A stretch of DNA of 64,000 nucleotides. It comes from Paramoeba atlantica. Taxonomy: Eukaryota > Protista > Discosea. The notes beneath the pieces were generated by a model. That model ran no database searches and was not told where the DNA came from. It saw nothing but the letters and a program-made list of their open reading frames with translations. The position numbers were made by a program, and so were the translations under genes. The stretch's first letter is position 1; each line of letters begins with the position of its first letter. The stretch is from NCBI GenBank assembly GCA_977017575.1, contig CDRNVI010000044.1:744001-808000 (forward strand), given 5' to 3'. Positions 39,948 to 50,124 of this stretch are shown here, in pieces.

Positions 39948-40739
39948 GAAATTCAAGAAAAACTACACCTGTGGCTAGAAATAAGTTAAGTCTGATGTGG
40001 ATTTCAAGAAAACTCTTTCATAGACGATATAATACACAAACAATATACAACGTGAACGACATAATATACAAATGGATATACAAATGGATATACAAATTCG
40101 CAAGTACTGTAAACCCCATGGTTATTTGTCACACGTTACCCCCCCCTAGTTATCTGTCACTTTTGGTGGAATCTCCCTTTTCTAGGTGTCAAATTGTGGC
40201 ACACCAGGTTGACAAAAGGTTGTTTGTTCATACAGGGCAGTACCTGTAGAGATAATTAGGTCGAGCAGGGGTAAGCGCAATCAACGCTCCCTGCTGGACC
40301 TTTACGCCTTCCGAGGCAACACAGGGAAAAGCGCGGGATATCCTCCCCAGGAAAGCGAAAAGAGACGGCCTCATCGGGATAAGAAGTCCCGAGATGTTTC
40401 GTAAGCGCAGTGCGCCAGGAAAGATATACGGATTTGTGGGACGCGGATGATATTCCCATCGTACATGCTACAAATGACTTCCATGGTTCATGATACAACA
40501 TGGTCAGGGCCATGGATGCATGCTGGCAAATGGAGTCATGGTTCATGATGCATCATAGGTATCGGGGTCCCACAGAATCCGCCACGGCTGGTGAGCAAGA
40601 GAGGTGCATAGAACATCCTCTAGAACACGCATACAACGTGTTTGCTCGCCGTGTGGGAGACTTCCGGTATATGGAAGCCTCCTACGCGCAGAAGTACCGG
40701 TGTCGCCGGATAGTGAAGGCACGCCGCGTGGTCCCGTAG

Positions 40740-40951
40740 TAGGGTCCTGCAGCGCATGGGGACTCGGAACCGTGTTCCGAGCGGGGAGCTGGGAGATGAG
40801 GGAAGGGAGGCGCACCCCTACTTTGCGACAAGCGGGACAGTTCCTCTCCTAGCGCCATCCGGAAACGGGCATTGACATTGTAAAAATATGCCCGTTTCCG
40901 GGAGAGAAAAGATGAGCTAGGAAAAAAAGTACCAACAAGGTACAGAAACTG
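40740..40951 (-). mobile_element. SL-headed element, diverged subfamily B (5' portion recognisable)
   Basis: Minus strand reads CAGTTTCTGTACCTTGTTG|GTAC (40951-40929), then a pyrimidine tract, the hairpin CCGGAAACGGGCAT...ATGCCCGTTTCCGG and AACTGTCCC...AAGTAGGGG blocks, all colinear with subfamily A. Confidence 0.72.
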
Positions 40952-42327
40952 AGGGTGTTGCTAATCCCTGGACAGTATGCTGCCCAGGGACACTGCAACT
41001 CCCCATTATCTCGGCGTAGTAAACACGCCTTGGCTTGCCTGGCACTGTGATCGCCGAGAGGAAAAAAAATATTTCTCCCGAGTCATTTCACAGCCCAGAA
41101 TACTTCCCACTTAAGGGGCCCGTTTCCGTATCCGAGTGATCTCCCCGGCAACACGTCTTTCGACGTGCGTCAAGCAGGCTGGGATACGGAAGGGTGTGCA
41201 AGTATGTGCTGTACCCGCACGTTTAATAAGCTCTTTTTTTTAAGAATTTCTTTTTTTTTAGCACTGATCACAAAGATCACGAAGGCCACAAACGGTGGGT
41301 CACAAAGATCCCAAACACGAGATAACAAATAATGGGTCATTAAGATTTCAAGTAAACCGATCACAAAGATAACAAACAAACAAACCAATCAGGTAATATA
41401 CACATCCGATTACAAAGATCCCGTGCAATGAGTCATAAGGACTTCATAGATACCAAACAAACGATCACAAATATCCTAAGTAAGGGGTCGAAAAGATCAT
41501 AAAAAAAACAGATCACAAAGATCCCCATACAACCAATCCTCAACAACCGATCAAAAAGCTCCTGAACAATGGGTCACAAAGACCCCAAATAACGTATATC
41601 AAAGGTCCCAAACAACGGGTCACAAAGATCCCCAAATAACCGATTAAAAGGCTCTTTTTATAATGAGTCGCAAAGACAAATACCACAAAAAACAACAAAT
41701 AAAAACAAGATTCTAAACAAACGATCGTTAACATTCTAAACAATAGGTCACAAAGATTTCGAATAACGGATCACAAAGGTCACAAACAATCTGTCATAAG
41801 GCTGCGAACATCATAAAGATCTAAAATCCTGCATCTTAAAGAAAACTTCTAATATTAGTGATTTTTTTCCTTTTCTATCAACGCGACCCGCGTAATGCAT
41901 CCAATAATGCGGCGTTGGCAATGTATTTACAACCTACAACTTACTCGCTTACTCGTCTCCCATAGCGGGATGTAATTTACCAACCCTTTATTTTTTTTTC
42001 TTTTTTGCAGAAGCGACCAGGGCGAGATCTTGCTTCACCTCACGGGACTTTACATCTTCTCGGGGAGGCCCCTCATACAAATTCTTTCAAGCAGATCCAA
42101 ATCATTCGTGCGTACTTCGCACCGGATCTTCCGACTTCTGTTCAGCCTTCTCCTTCTCGTGCCACGAGAATCGCGAGAGCTGGGCATTTGCCGAGAGCGG
42201 CATGATCACGTTTTTTTTTCTCGGCGATCACAGTGCCAGGCAAGCCAAGGCGTGTTTACTACGCCGAGATAATGGGGAGTTGCAGTGTCCCTGGGCAGCA
42301 TACTGTCCAGAGATTAGCAACACCTCA
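40950..42327. mobile_element. Foldback-like element with ~117-bp near-identical terminal inverted repeats
   Basis: 40950-41069 (TGAGGGTGTTGCTAATCCCTGG...CGCCGAGAGGA8) is the reverse complement of 42211-42327, apart from one mismatch and small indels. Confidence 0.75.
41265..41815 (+). repeat. Cryptic array of (G/A)TCACAAAGATC-like motifs
   Basis: About a dozen degenerate copies of GATCACAAAGATC/GGTCACAAAGATCC with variable A/C-rich spacers. Confidence 0.75.
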
Positions 42328-42890
42328 TTATCACAGACTTCATAAGCACCTTGGAACCGGGACCAAGCCCAGTACGCCTGGAAAGCCATGGCACCGAATA
42401 GCTCTTCTTTTTTCTCCTTTCTTCTTCTTATCTCTCAAAAGCGGGACCATATGCTTGCTCACATCGTTCGAAGATCAGTTTCGGACGTCATATCCCGAGT
42501 CACCTACCGTTCGTAAAGCACACTAACATTCACAAAGACCACCGCTACTAAAAGCTCTAAACTGCGGTACGTTTGACGGCGCGCTGGATCAAACAGCGAG
42601 GCGATCACATTTTGAAAAGTAGACTTCCTTATTTCTATACCCCCTTTTCTTCACTTTTTCAAAAGTAACAATTCGAAACAAAAGCTTCCTTTTTCTCTCT
42701 GACAATCGTAGGAAATGTTCACACATTTCCAGAGCACCTTCATCCTACAAACATCAGTCAAGCTATGGATGGTGCCACCAATCCTCCTCTTCTTCCTTCA
42801 CCTCAAAAAGGACTTGAAACAATACATTAAAAAACAACATCAAATCGGATCTGAATCTCCGATACTCCGGTCGAAATCTCCTCATCGCGC

Positions 42891-43415
42891 AAACAAAGTC
42901 CAAAGGACCTCACTACACCAATTGTAGCGGAAACAGAGCCATAAAAGGCATCGGATCATAAACTCCTGAACACAAAACAAGTCCAAAGGACCTCACTACA
43001 CCAATTGTAGTGGAAATGGAGCCATAAAAGGCATCGGATCATAAAATCCGGAACACAAAACAAGTCCAAAGGACCTCACTACACCAATTGTAGTGGAAAT
43101 GGAGCCATAAAAGGCATCGGATCATAAAATCCGGAACACAAAACAAGTCCAAAGGACCTCACTACACCAATTGTAGTGAAAATAGAGCCATAAAAGGCAT
43201 CGGATCATAAAATCCGGAACATAAAACAAGTCCAAAGGACCTCACTACACCAATTGTAGTGGAAATGGAGCCATAAACGGCCTCGGATCATAAAATCCGG
43301 AACACTAAACAAGTCCAAAGGACCTCTCACTACAAGTGTAGTGGAAACAGAGCCATAAGGGGCCTCGGATCATAAAATCCGGAACGCGAAGCAAGTCTCA
43401 AAGACCTCACCACAC
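42891..43415 (+). repeat. 83-bp tandem satellite, six full copies plus a partial one
   Basis: The GTCCAAAGGACC anchor recurs at 42898, 42981, 43064, 43147, 43230 and 43313, with a degenerate copy at 43395. Each unit has CACTACA-CCAAT-TGTAGTG and CGGAT-CATAAA-ATCCG hairpins. Confidence 0.95.
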
Positions 43416-43862
43416 GACGGAACGGTTCACCGAGGAACAGCCTTTATACCAGGACCAAACCCAGTGACAGGCATGCCCATTGGCACCGCAGATCAACTCC
43501 CTCCTCCCCTTCTTGTCATCATTCTAGGTTTTGAAACGTAAAACAAAACTCTAAGGGGTGTGTAATGTGTTAAGCATCTTTTATTAGATACGTCACACAG
43601 ATGCGTAGCCGTAAAGGCATTGCATTAGAAATCCGCGAAAAAAAAGCAGTGCAAAACTGACCCGCCTGCGCGAGTCGTATAAGGTGCGTCACACAGACAA
43701 TTTCATTTTTTCTATCCACTTCGTTTTCTTTACTTCCAGTACACTGGAAAACAACACAAACAGCAGTGGTACAGTGTGATGATCAGCAATCTTTGCCTAC
43801 AATAATCATTAAATTTACGACTACAAGAAATCTACCCTTAATGATGATTCTAAGTGATGTGC

Positions 43863-44156
43863 CAACCGTCAGTCCCGATGGATCTCGAGGCAAAGTATAA
43901 CCACCAACCGTCAGTTCCGAAGAACCTCGAGGTGAAGTGCCAACCGTCAGTCCCGAAGGACCTCGAGGCAAAGTGTAACCACCAACCGTCAGTCCCGAAG
44001 GACCTCGAGGCAAAGTATAACCACCAACCGTCAGTTCCGAAGAACCTCGAGGTGAAGTGCCAACCGTCAGTTCCGAAGAACCTCGAGGTGGAGTGCCAAC
44101 CGTCAGTCCCGAAGGACCTCGAGGCAAATAATAATAATAATAATGATAATAATAAT
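43863..44156 (+). repeat. Seven 42/36-bp tandem repeats followed by an (AAT)n microsatellite, within + strand ORF 43854-44375
   Basis: CAACCGTCAG anchors at 43863, 43905, 43941, 43983, 44025, 44061 and 44097. They translate as QPSVPK(D/N)LE(A/V)K(YNH/C). Confidence 0.92.
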
Positions 44157-44752
44157 CGTCGTAGTCACAAAGGTCCTCGGGGTAGTGCATTTTGGCGCGG
44201 AACGGTATGTTTTTACCGATCAGGGCCAAAACGAACCGGAATAAAATCACGAATGTGGTGCCAGGCTCGGTCCCACATGGAATGTCAACATGTAAATAAA
44301 ATATGTATATCCTATCTTTGGATCGGAACCAATGATTATATAGTGTGTATGTTCAACAAACGAAGAGATGAATAGATATTAAAAAATCGTACTTTATCGT
44401 ACAATGACATTCTTCACCCTCACACTTCGTCTTGTTAAGAAGACGACGCCGGGCTTGGGATCGGTGACAAGCGTGTTTATGAAGTCTGTGATAATGTATC
44501 TTTATCGTGACACACTTGTAGAGCTCGGTAGCGTATCGATACTGTATGGACAACATACATACAGTATGTATATGCTCGACGAAAATACTCAACGAAAATC
44601 CGGATTTTCGTTGAGATATCAACGAACGTACCCCCAAGCTAAATCTTTTAATAAATTTCAACCTTGAATGGTTGTTCTATTGCATTTAGACGTCTGGTAA
44701 ACGGCTTTAGCGGCGAATGGTATTTCAACTTTTTTACACTCGATTTTACACT

Positions 44753-45260
44753 TACTATCCCCCCTATTTACTAAATTTTAGTGTTTAGATTTTTTATTAG
44801 ATTCCTTCTAGATTCCCTCTAGAAAACATTGCTCTCTAGATGTCGTCACTTACTTGAGGGGCTGCGGGTGACGAGGTTTCACGAACCTTGACCAGGGATT
44901 TATCATGTTCTCAACATTTCGTGAGGTTTCACTGAGGTTTCGCGAAGTTTCATCAACGTTCCGAAAGGTGTCATCGAGGTTTCTTGAGGCTGCACCCAGA
45001 CTTCACCAAAATTCGGGAGAGGTTTCTCGAGGTTTAACTCCCCCCCACTTGAAGATCTCTTGTCATGATGGACACAACATTCACAAGGGGCGTTTAACCC
45101 GAAACAGTGATTTTGCAGCCAGCACACCGTTTTTTCCGTCGTTAACAGCGAAATTGAGGCCGCTGGCAGCAAATAGGCCAAAGTAGTACACCTCGTACAG
45201 AGCATTTGGGAAGTGAAAAAGGTCCGAAATATAGGGAGTATGTGTCCAAAGAAGTTCGAA
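44753..45260 (+). pseudogene. Second, heavily decayed pogo-like DDE remnant preceded by a TIR-like end
   Basis: TA|CTATCCCCCCCTATTTAC at 44753. Downstream shifted frames give DGHNIH, VILQPAHRFF and VVHLVQSIWEV, resembling the DGHxSH / LQPxD..F / xxAW motifs. Confidence 0.4.
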
Positions 45261-45371
45261 TTCGTATTGAAAATATTTCTCCTGCACATTTCTTTCAAAA
45301 AAAATCGATTCGAAAAATATTCAAAAATTTCACTTTCAACCTGCATTTATACTGCCTATTACCCCAGTATT

Positions 45372-46880
45372 TTAATGATCGTATATTACGACCTGAGACT
45401 CTGCAATGCCATTGTACCATTCTGCATTTTCGGATAATGTAGTACACGGTTTCTCGTGTGCGAACTTATGGGAGGAAACAGTCCTTTTCCGTGTCTCTCT
45501 GTGTGGAACTACAATTGGTTCTTCTATTACTGTTGACAAAGGCTCTACAATTGTATCACTTCTGTCATTGTCCTCCTGTGTATTTGAGTGATTCTCTTCA
45601 AATGTTAGTCTCTGCGCTACGCCTAGAAGTTGTTCTAAATGCTGAACAGCACCAAAAAAACTAGTTGAACATTTTACTCCGCGGAGTAGAGAAGCGCAAG
45701 ATTGATATGATCCGACTTGTATCGGCAATGGAGAATCGCTTAATATGCGCGAAGGTTCCGACAATGGCAAACGACTATTGCGAGTCAGTTGCGTGGAGCT
45801 AGCCTCCATGCCACCGGTAGTGATTTGGGTGTGATTGTCTAGAAACTCTAATAATATACACAAACTCTCTTTCAACGCACCCGCGTTGCCAAGTAATGCT
45901 TTACGATTCCGAATAATTTCTTCTATCAACTCTAGTCGGGGTCTGTAAAATAAATCGGGTGACAAAACGCTTGTATGGTAACAGTGAAAAACAGCCCCGA
46001 TAGAGCTATTCCCAAATGTAAAAATATTTCCAGGCTTAAGAAGAAAAATTGAGCCAGGCATGATCTTATAGCTCGTCGAACGACGCTGTTTCGGATTGCT
46101 AAACACCTGGGTATCTCCCAAGCTATTTATTTTTGACAACTTAGTGTGCATTTCAGAAGCTTCGTTATTTGATATGCGGGGCGTTGTGTCCGGGCAAGAA
46201 GTGCTGGAATTCGGAATGGAAGTAGCGGAACGATGTACCTGATTCGAAAGAGGAGATTTACGGAGCCTAGAATTTACGGATTGTCGTGCATTTGCCTCAG
46301 TTTCGGACCCACGCTGAACGTAGTCCATCAAAGTATTTTCCTCATAATTACTTGGACAGGCATGCGCATGAACCCGCAGGAAGCCTCTGAGGCATCTCAA
46401 GCGCAAAGTGACCTCTGAATCTTCAGAGCTACTTGTTGGTATGGTTGTCGTTTGCACAGTACACGCAGCTCTAGGAACATTCCGATGATTTCTAAAAAAT
46501 TTCTTGATCTGGATTGTTGGCCCTCCGCGACCTATGGTTAGACTTTCCCCCGATAGTGGTACAAATGTATACGCTTCAGGCTCGTCCCCAATATTCAAAT
46601 AAGGGAATTCCTGATTTTCTGATAAATATTTCTGCCACTTTTTCCATACTTCATTCCTATCATGAGTGATCGCACCTTGAATATCTTCGCACGCACTTTG
46701 AGGTTCTGCATGAATGGGTGCTGGGTTCTTTTTGCTGACCTCAGAAAGGTCCACTGTAGCGTTGTTTTGTTGAAAATTGTGATCCGTACCATCGTCGGCT
46801 CTTATGCTGTCGACGAATCTTCCTTTAGAAAAACTGTCATCAATCGGAACACTAGTGTAGAACGAAAGCACACCTATCAT
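45372..46880 (-). CDS. Hypothetical protein with FHA-like motif
   Basis: ~502 aa from ATG 46880. LTIGRG...NVPRAACTV and ...LLKPGNIFTFG are FHA-like but split by a Ser-rich insert. Confidence 0.55.
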   Translation of the reverse strand: MIGVLSFYTSVPIDDSFSKGRFVDSIRADDGTDHNFQQNNATVDLSEVSKKNPAPIHAEPQSACEDIQGAITHDRNEVWKKWQKYLSENQEFPYLNIGDEPEAYTFVPLSGESLTIGRGGPTIQIKKFFRNHRNVPRAACTVQTTTIPTSSSEDSEVTLRLRCLRGFLRVHAHACPSNYEENTLMDYVQRGSETEANARQSVNSRLRKSPLSNQVHRSATSIPNSSTSCPDTTPRISNNEASEMHTKLSKINSLGDTQVFSNPKQRRSTSYKIMPGSIFLLKPGNIFTFGNSSIGAVFHCYHTSVLSPDLFYRPRLELIEEIIRNRKALLGNAGALKESLCILLEFLDNHTQITTGGMEASSTQLTRNSRLPLSEPSRILSDSPLPIQVGSYQSCASLLRGVKCSTSFFGAVQHLEQLLGVAQRLTFEENHSNTQEDNDRSDTIVEPLSTVIEEPIVVPHRETRKRTVSSHKFAHEKPCTTLSENAEWYNGIAESQVVIYDH

Positions 46881-46899
46881 AAACCAAGCTACAAGATAA

Positions 46900-47047
46900 T
46901 AAAGGGGGGGGGGTACGTCTATTGTTGGCAATCATCTACTGTTGGCAAACTAATAAAATCACCTATTGTTGGAAATCGGTTATTGTTGACATTTAATTAA
47001 TTTAGATTTTTTTGACCCATTGCCAACAATAGACGAGCCCCCCCTTT
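46900..47047. repeat. Small inverted-repeat (MITE-like) element with TATTGTTGG sub-repeats
   Basis: CGTCTATTGTTGGCAAT (46916-46932) and ATTGCCAACAATAGACG (47019-47035) form a perfect 17-bp inverted repeat, extended by TAAAG(n)/C(n)TTTA. Confidence 0.75.
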
Positions 47048-47362
47048 ATAAAAAAGAAAAGAAAGTATTTGCTCTCAGAAGATGTGTAGCGCTGCTAGAG
47101 TATCAGAGACTTCTTTTAATCGTCAGGGAGATAGAATTTCACTAATTAGTGACGCTTTGAAAAATACTGTCACCCCCCCCTTTAAACTTCCGCCGGTTTC
47201 GGTACTTTTGGAAGTATAAACGGGGGGTCTCACTTTCGGAAGTATAAAGGGGGGGGGTCTGATTTTTTGAAAAATCCGCGAAACGAATATTTTTGAAAAA
47301 GGGGCAAAAAAAATGCGCCGCTTAGCGGCGCTCGTTTCCTATTATTCTAGCTAAAAATCAAT

Positions 47363-47859
47363 GTTTTGATGTTCATACGCTCGTTGGCGCAGAGATACAG
47401 CCCTTGATGCGACAGCCGATATCATCGGCACAATCCGTAATGACGGATGTCGCACCAAGGGGATTAGCACGGACTATGTCGGTAGAGGGGGTCCAGGTAA
47501 CTCGCCCTCTCTTTACGCAGCCGGAGGGGCGCACTGCAACCGACCGCTGCCTCGCGATAAGACGAGGCAGAGCCACGCCCAGTGGTCCTCAAGGGAGGCC
47601 ACCATGGCGCATGGCTCCCCGGGAAGGAAAGGGCGCGAAGGGAAGAAAGCCGGGGAGGGAAGAAAACTCACTCAAAGAGTGAGCCGGGGAGGGGTGATGG
47701 GGTGGAAGCACGTCCGCTACTTCGCCGAGAAAGAGGGACAGTTTCGGCCTTAGTGCCGGCCGGCAACGGGCATATAACAGTAAGACTATGCCCGTTGCCG
47801 GGGAAAGAAAAGATGAACTAAAGGAAAATGTACCAACAAGGTACAGAAACTGTATCTTT
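47363..47859 (-). mobile_element. SL-headed structured element, subfamily A, copy 2 (497 bp)
   Basis: Reverse complement of 7004-7577 with scattered substitutions and one fewer 76-bp module. The SL part is 47834-47859. Confidence 0.75.
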
Positions 47860-48260
47860 ATCCAATCTCCAAACATGCAGGGCATAATGTTGGCTTCCGT
47901 GTTCCTCTTGCACACAATCAACATACGCTGTTTATTACGCTGTAGTGAATACGTGTCGGGACGATCTACCATTAGAAGCTTCATGGGACAGTCTTTGAAA
48001 CGAGGTACATTCGCCTTTGCTGCAGCAGGCGCATGTCCGCGCTAGCTGTCATCCCGCCCAGTTCGCTAAGGAGGAGTTCGTTAATTTTTTCGCATCTCGA
48101 CATGTTTGTTCTTGTGCAAACCCCATCGCGCTTGCAACTACGATAGATTTACTTTTTTCTGGAAAAATCCGACACCATTTTTCCGGATGGAGCGGATGGT
48201 TCGAGATCAGACGCCGTACTTCTCGCTTATTTGTGGAGCACTTCTACTCGAATGAGACAC
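47860..48260 (-). pseudogene. Decayed N-terminal (CENP-B/Tc5 HTH) part of a pogo transposase
   Basis: Minus-strand frames give APQISEKYGV*SRTIRSIRKN (HTH) and a partly deleted ASNG..DR, resembling F.AS.GWL.RF. Confidence 0.5.
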
Positions 48261-48653
48261 ATTCAACTTCTCCTACATTGTTGGGTTCTTTCCTCCCTGG
48301 GGTAAACCGACGGACACAGGTAATGTCGCAGGCTCCGCGCTTGAAACCACTATTTCGTTGGGAGGCCGAACGCGATGAAGAGGGGGATAAAGCTTAACCC
48401 ACTGCGAGTATTGACATGGGAAAAAATACGGCAAATAATTTAAATGTATATCTAGCAATATGTCTACACACACCTCTAACGTTTAATATAAAAAAAAGTA
48501 GAAAATTGTTATTAAAAAAAACTGCGCCGCGAAGCGGCGCAGTTTTTTTGGGACCGGAAGTATAAAGGGAGGGGGCTGATTTTTCATCTGGATGAAAACG
48601 GAAGTATAAAGGGGGGGTTGACCCCCCTGAAGTATAAAGGGGGGGGGTGACAA

Positions 48654-49580
48654 TAAACCCCCCGCAACGAATAAGTCACCCCCCTCTTTTTTTTGTACAA
48701 CGAGGCTTAGGGGGGTTGCGGCACCACTTTTTCGTTCAAAATTTTGAGATCTGCACGTTCCCGCTGTTTTTAGACCTCTTCACAGATAACAAATTAAAAC
48801 TCATTTTTTTAACGACGTTTTTACATAGTCATGCCAATATTACCCAAAAAATCTCATGTTCCTCGACCAGGGGGGGAAGGGGGTCAACATGAAAATGGTG
48901 TCACAGATCTTCGCTAGGGGAACGAGCTCTCTCGATTGCAACAAAAATGATCAAAAACAGATAACAAACATTCAATTTGTCACGTGGTGGAATATTTGTC
49001 TTTGATTGGTTCTTTCTTGAAACGGTGATAAATCACCTTTTTTAAGCTGTCCCCTTTAGTTTTTGCTTGAAGGGGCCTAAGGGGGTTAAGATATCATTTT
49101 CTCGTTCAAAATTCTGAGATCTACACGTTCCCACCATTTTTAGATCATTTTAGAAACTGAAGAAGAAAATTGTTTTTAGGTTTGATTTTTTTGCATCGTC
49201 ATACCACACTAATTTAGGAAAACAAACACTCCGCGGCCAGGGGGCACAAGTGGGTCAATATTAAAAAATAGCGGCAAAGATCTTTGCTAGGAGAACGAGA
49301 TCTCTCGTTTGCAACAAAAATCAGCAAAAACGGACAAAAATAATTAGAATTCTCATGGGAGGAGAAGATATAATTTGTTAAAGTGTGAGAAATTGGCCTC
49401 TTGAAAAATGTGAAGAAAGTGATAATCCATCTATCGGATGCACGCATTTGAGAGCCTTGGTTTCATGCTATAACGCGCATAGTCTTTATGTTGGGAACAG
49501 CAAAATGCAACAAAAATGAGCTCAAACGGACACTTGGCTGAAAAGTTAGAGGGGGGTGACTTTTCGCTGTGGGGGGTTTA
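48654..49580. mobile_element. MITE-like element with ~32-bp TA-flanked TIRs and an internal ~375-bp-period diverged duplication
   Basis: TA|AACCCCCCGCAACGAATAAGTCACCCCCCTCT (48656) pairs with AGAGGGGGGTGACTTTTCGCTGTGGGGGGTT|TA (to 49578). Internal repeats at about 48700-48965 and 49075-49340. Confidence 0.75.
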
Positions 49581-50124
49581 TATACTGAATAAATGAGTCG
49601 TAAGTGAAAGTGATATTTATTGAAATTATTATGGTCAGATATTGCAAGATGTGGGTCGGTCCAACCGGGCAAGTGTTGGACACAGCAAGCCCTCATAATA
49701 TTACATGTGAAACAATTGTAGCACAACATTATGAGATCTGACGGTGTCAAAATACGTTGGCGCAATATTGGAGAAAATATTTCTCCAACTTTAATAGTAT
49801 TTCAATTATTACGAGCAAGTACACGAATGATCAAGAGATTAGTTTCTGTTAGTTCTAACCCTCACAGAAACATATCCCTTAGAAGACAATCCCGCGAGGC
49901 ATTGTAACATTATATATTTGTATGTGCATTTTCCTTTCATATTCATCTAAGCGTTCAAATTATAGAGACACGTTTTTATGATGGCACAGATCGTTGGTTT
50001 TCAACCTCGTATCTTGAGACGCATCTTTTCATAGTTTGGTACACGCAATGGGCCTTTCGGCAATTGGAATATCAATGACTTGCCTCAAATTTCTTTCAAA
50101 CGTTGTGATACAGGGATTCCGTGT

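Larger units (their letters stand above)
47165..48655 (-). mobile_element. TA-flanked TIR element of the same pogo-like family, carrying an HTH remnant and the nested SL-headed element
   Basis: Left end TA|CTGTCACCCCCCCCTTTAAACTTC (47167); right end GAAGTATAAAGGGGGGGGGTGACAA|TA (to 48653). Subterminal GAAGTATAAAGGG repeats at both ends. Confidence 0.72.

Noticed and set aside
40256-40739. Retroelement ORF downstream of subfamily B (ORF 40500-40739, and LPRKAKRDGLIGIRSP resembling LP..GGLG)
   Set aside because: The resemblance is too weak and fragmented across frames to support a call.
42891-43415. CRISPR-like appearance of the hairpin-containing 83-bp repeats
   Set aside because: The units are contiguous near-identical tandem copies with no unique spacers. 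There are no cas genes and the context is eukaryotic.
47870-47990. SWIM zinc finger (MULE transposase) in LIVCKRNTEANIMPCMF
   Set aside because: Lacks the CxC...CxH ligand set; the surrounding motifs fit pogo HTH domains better.
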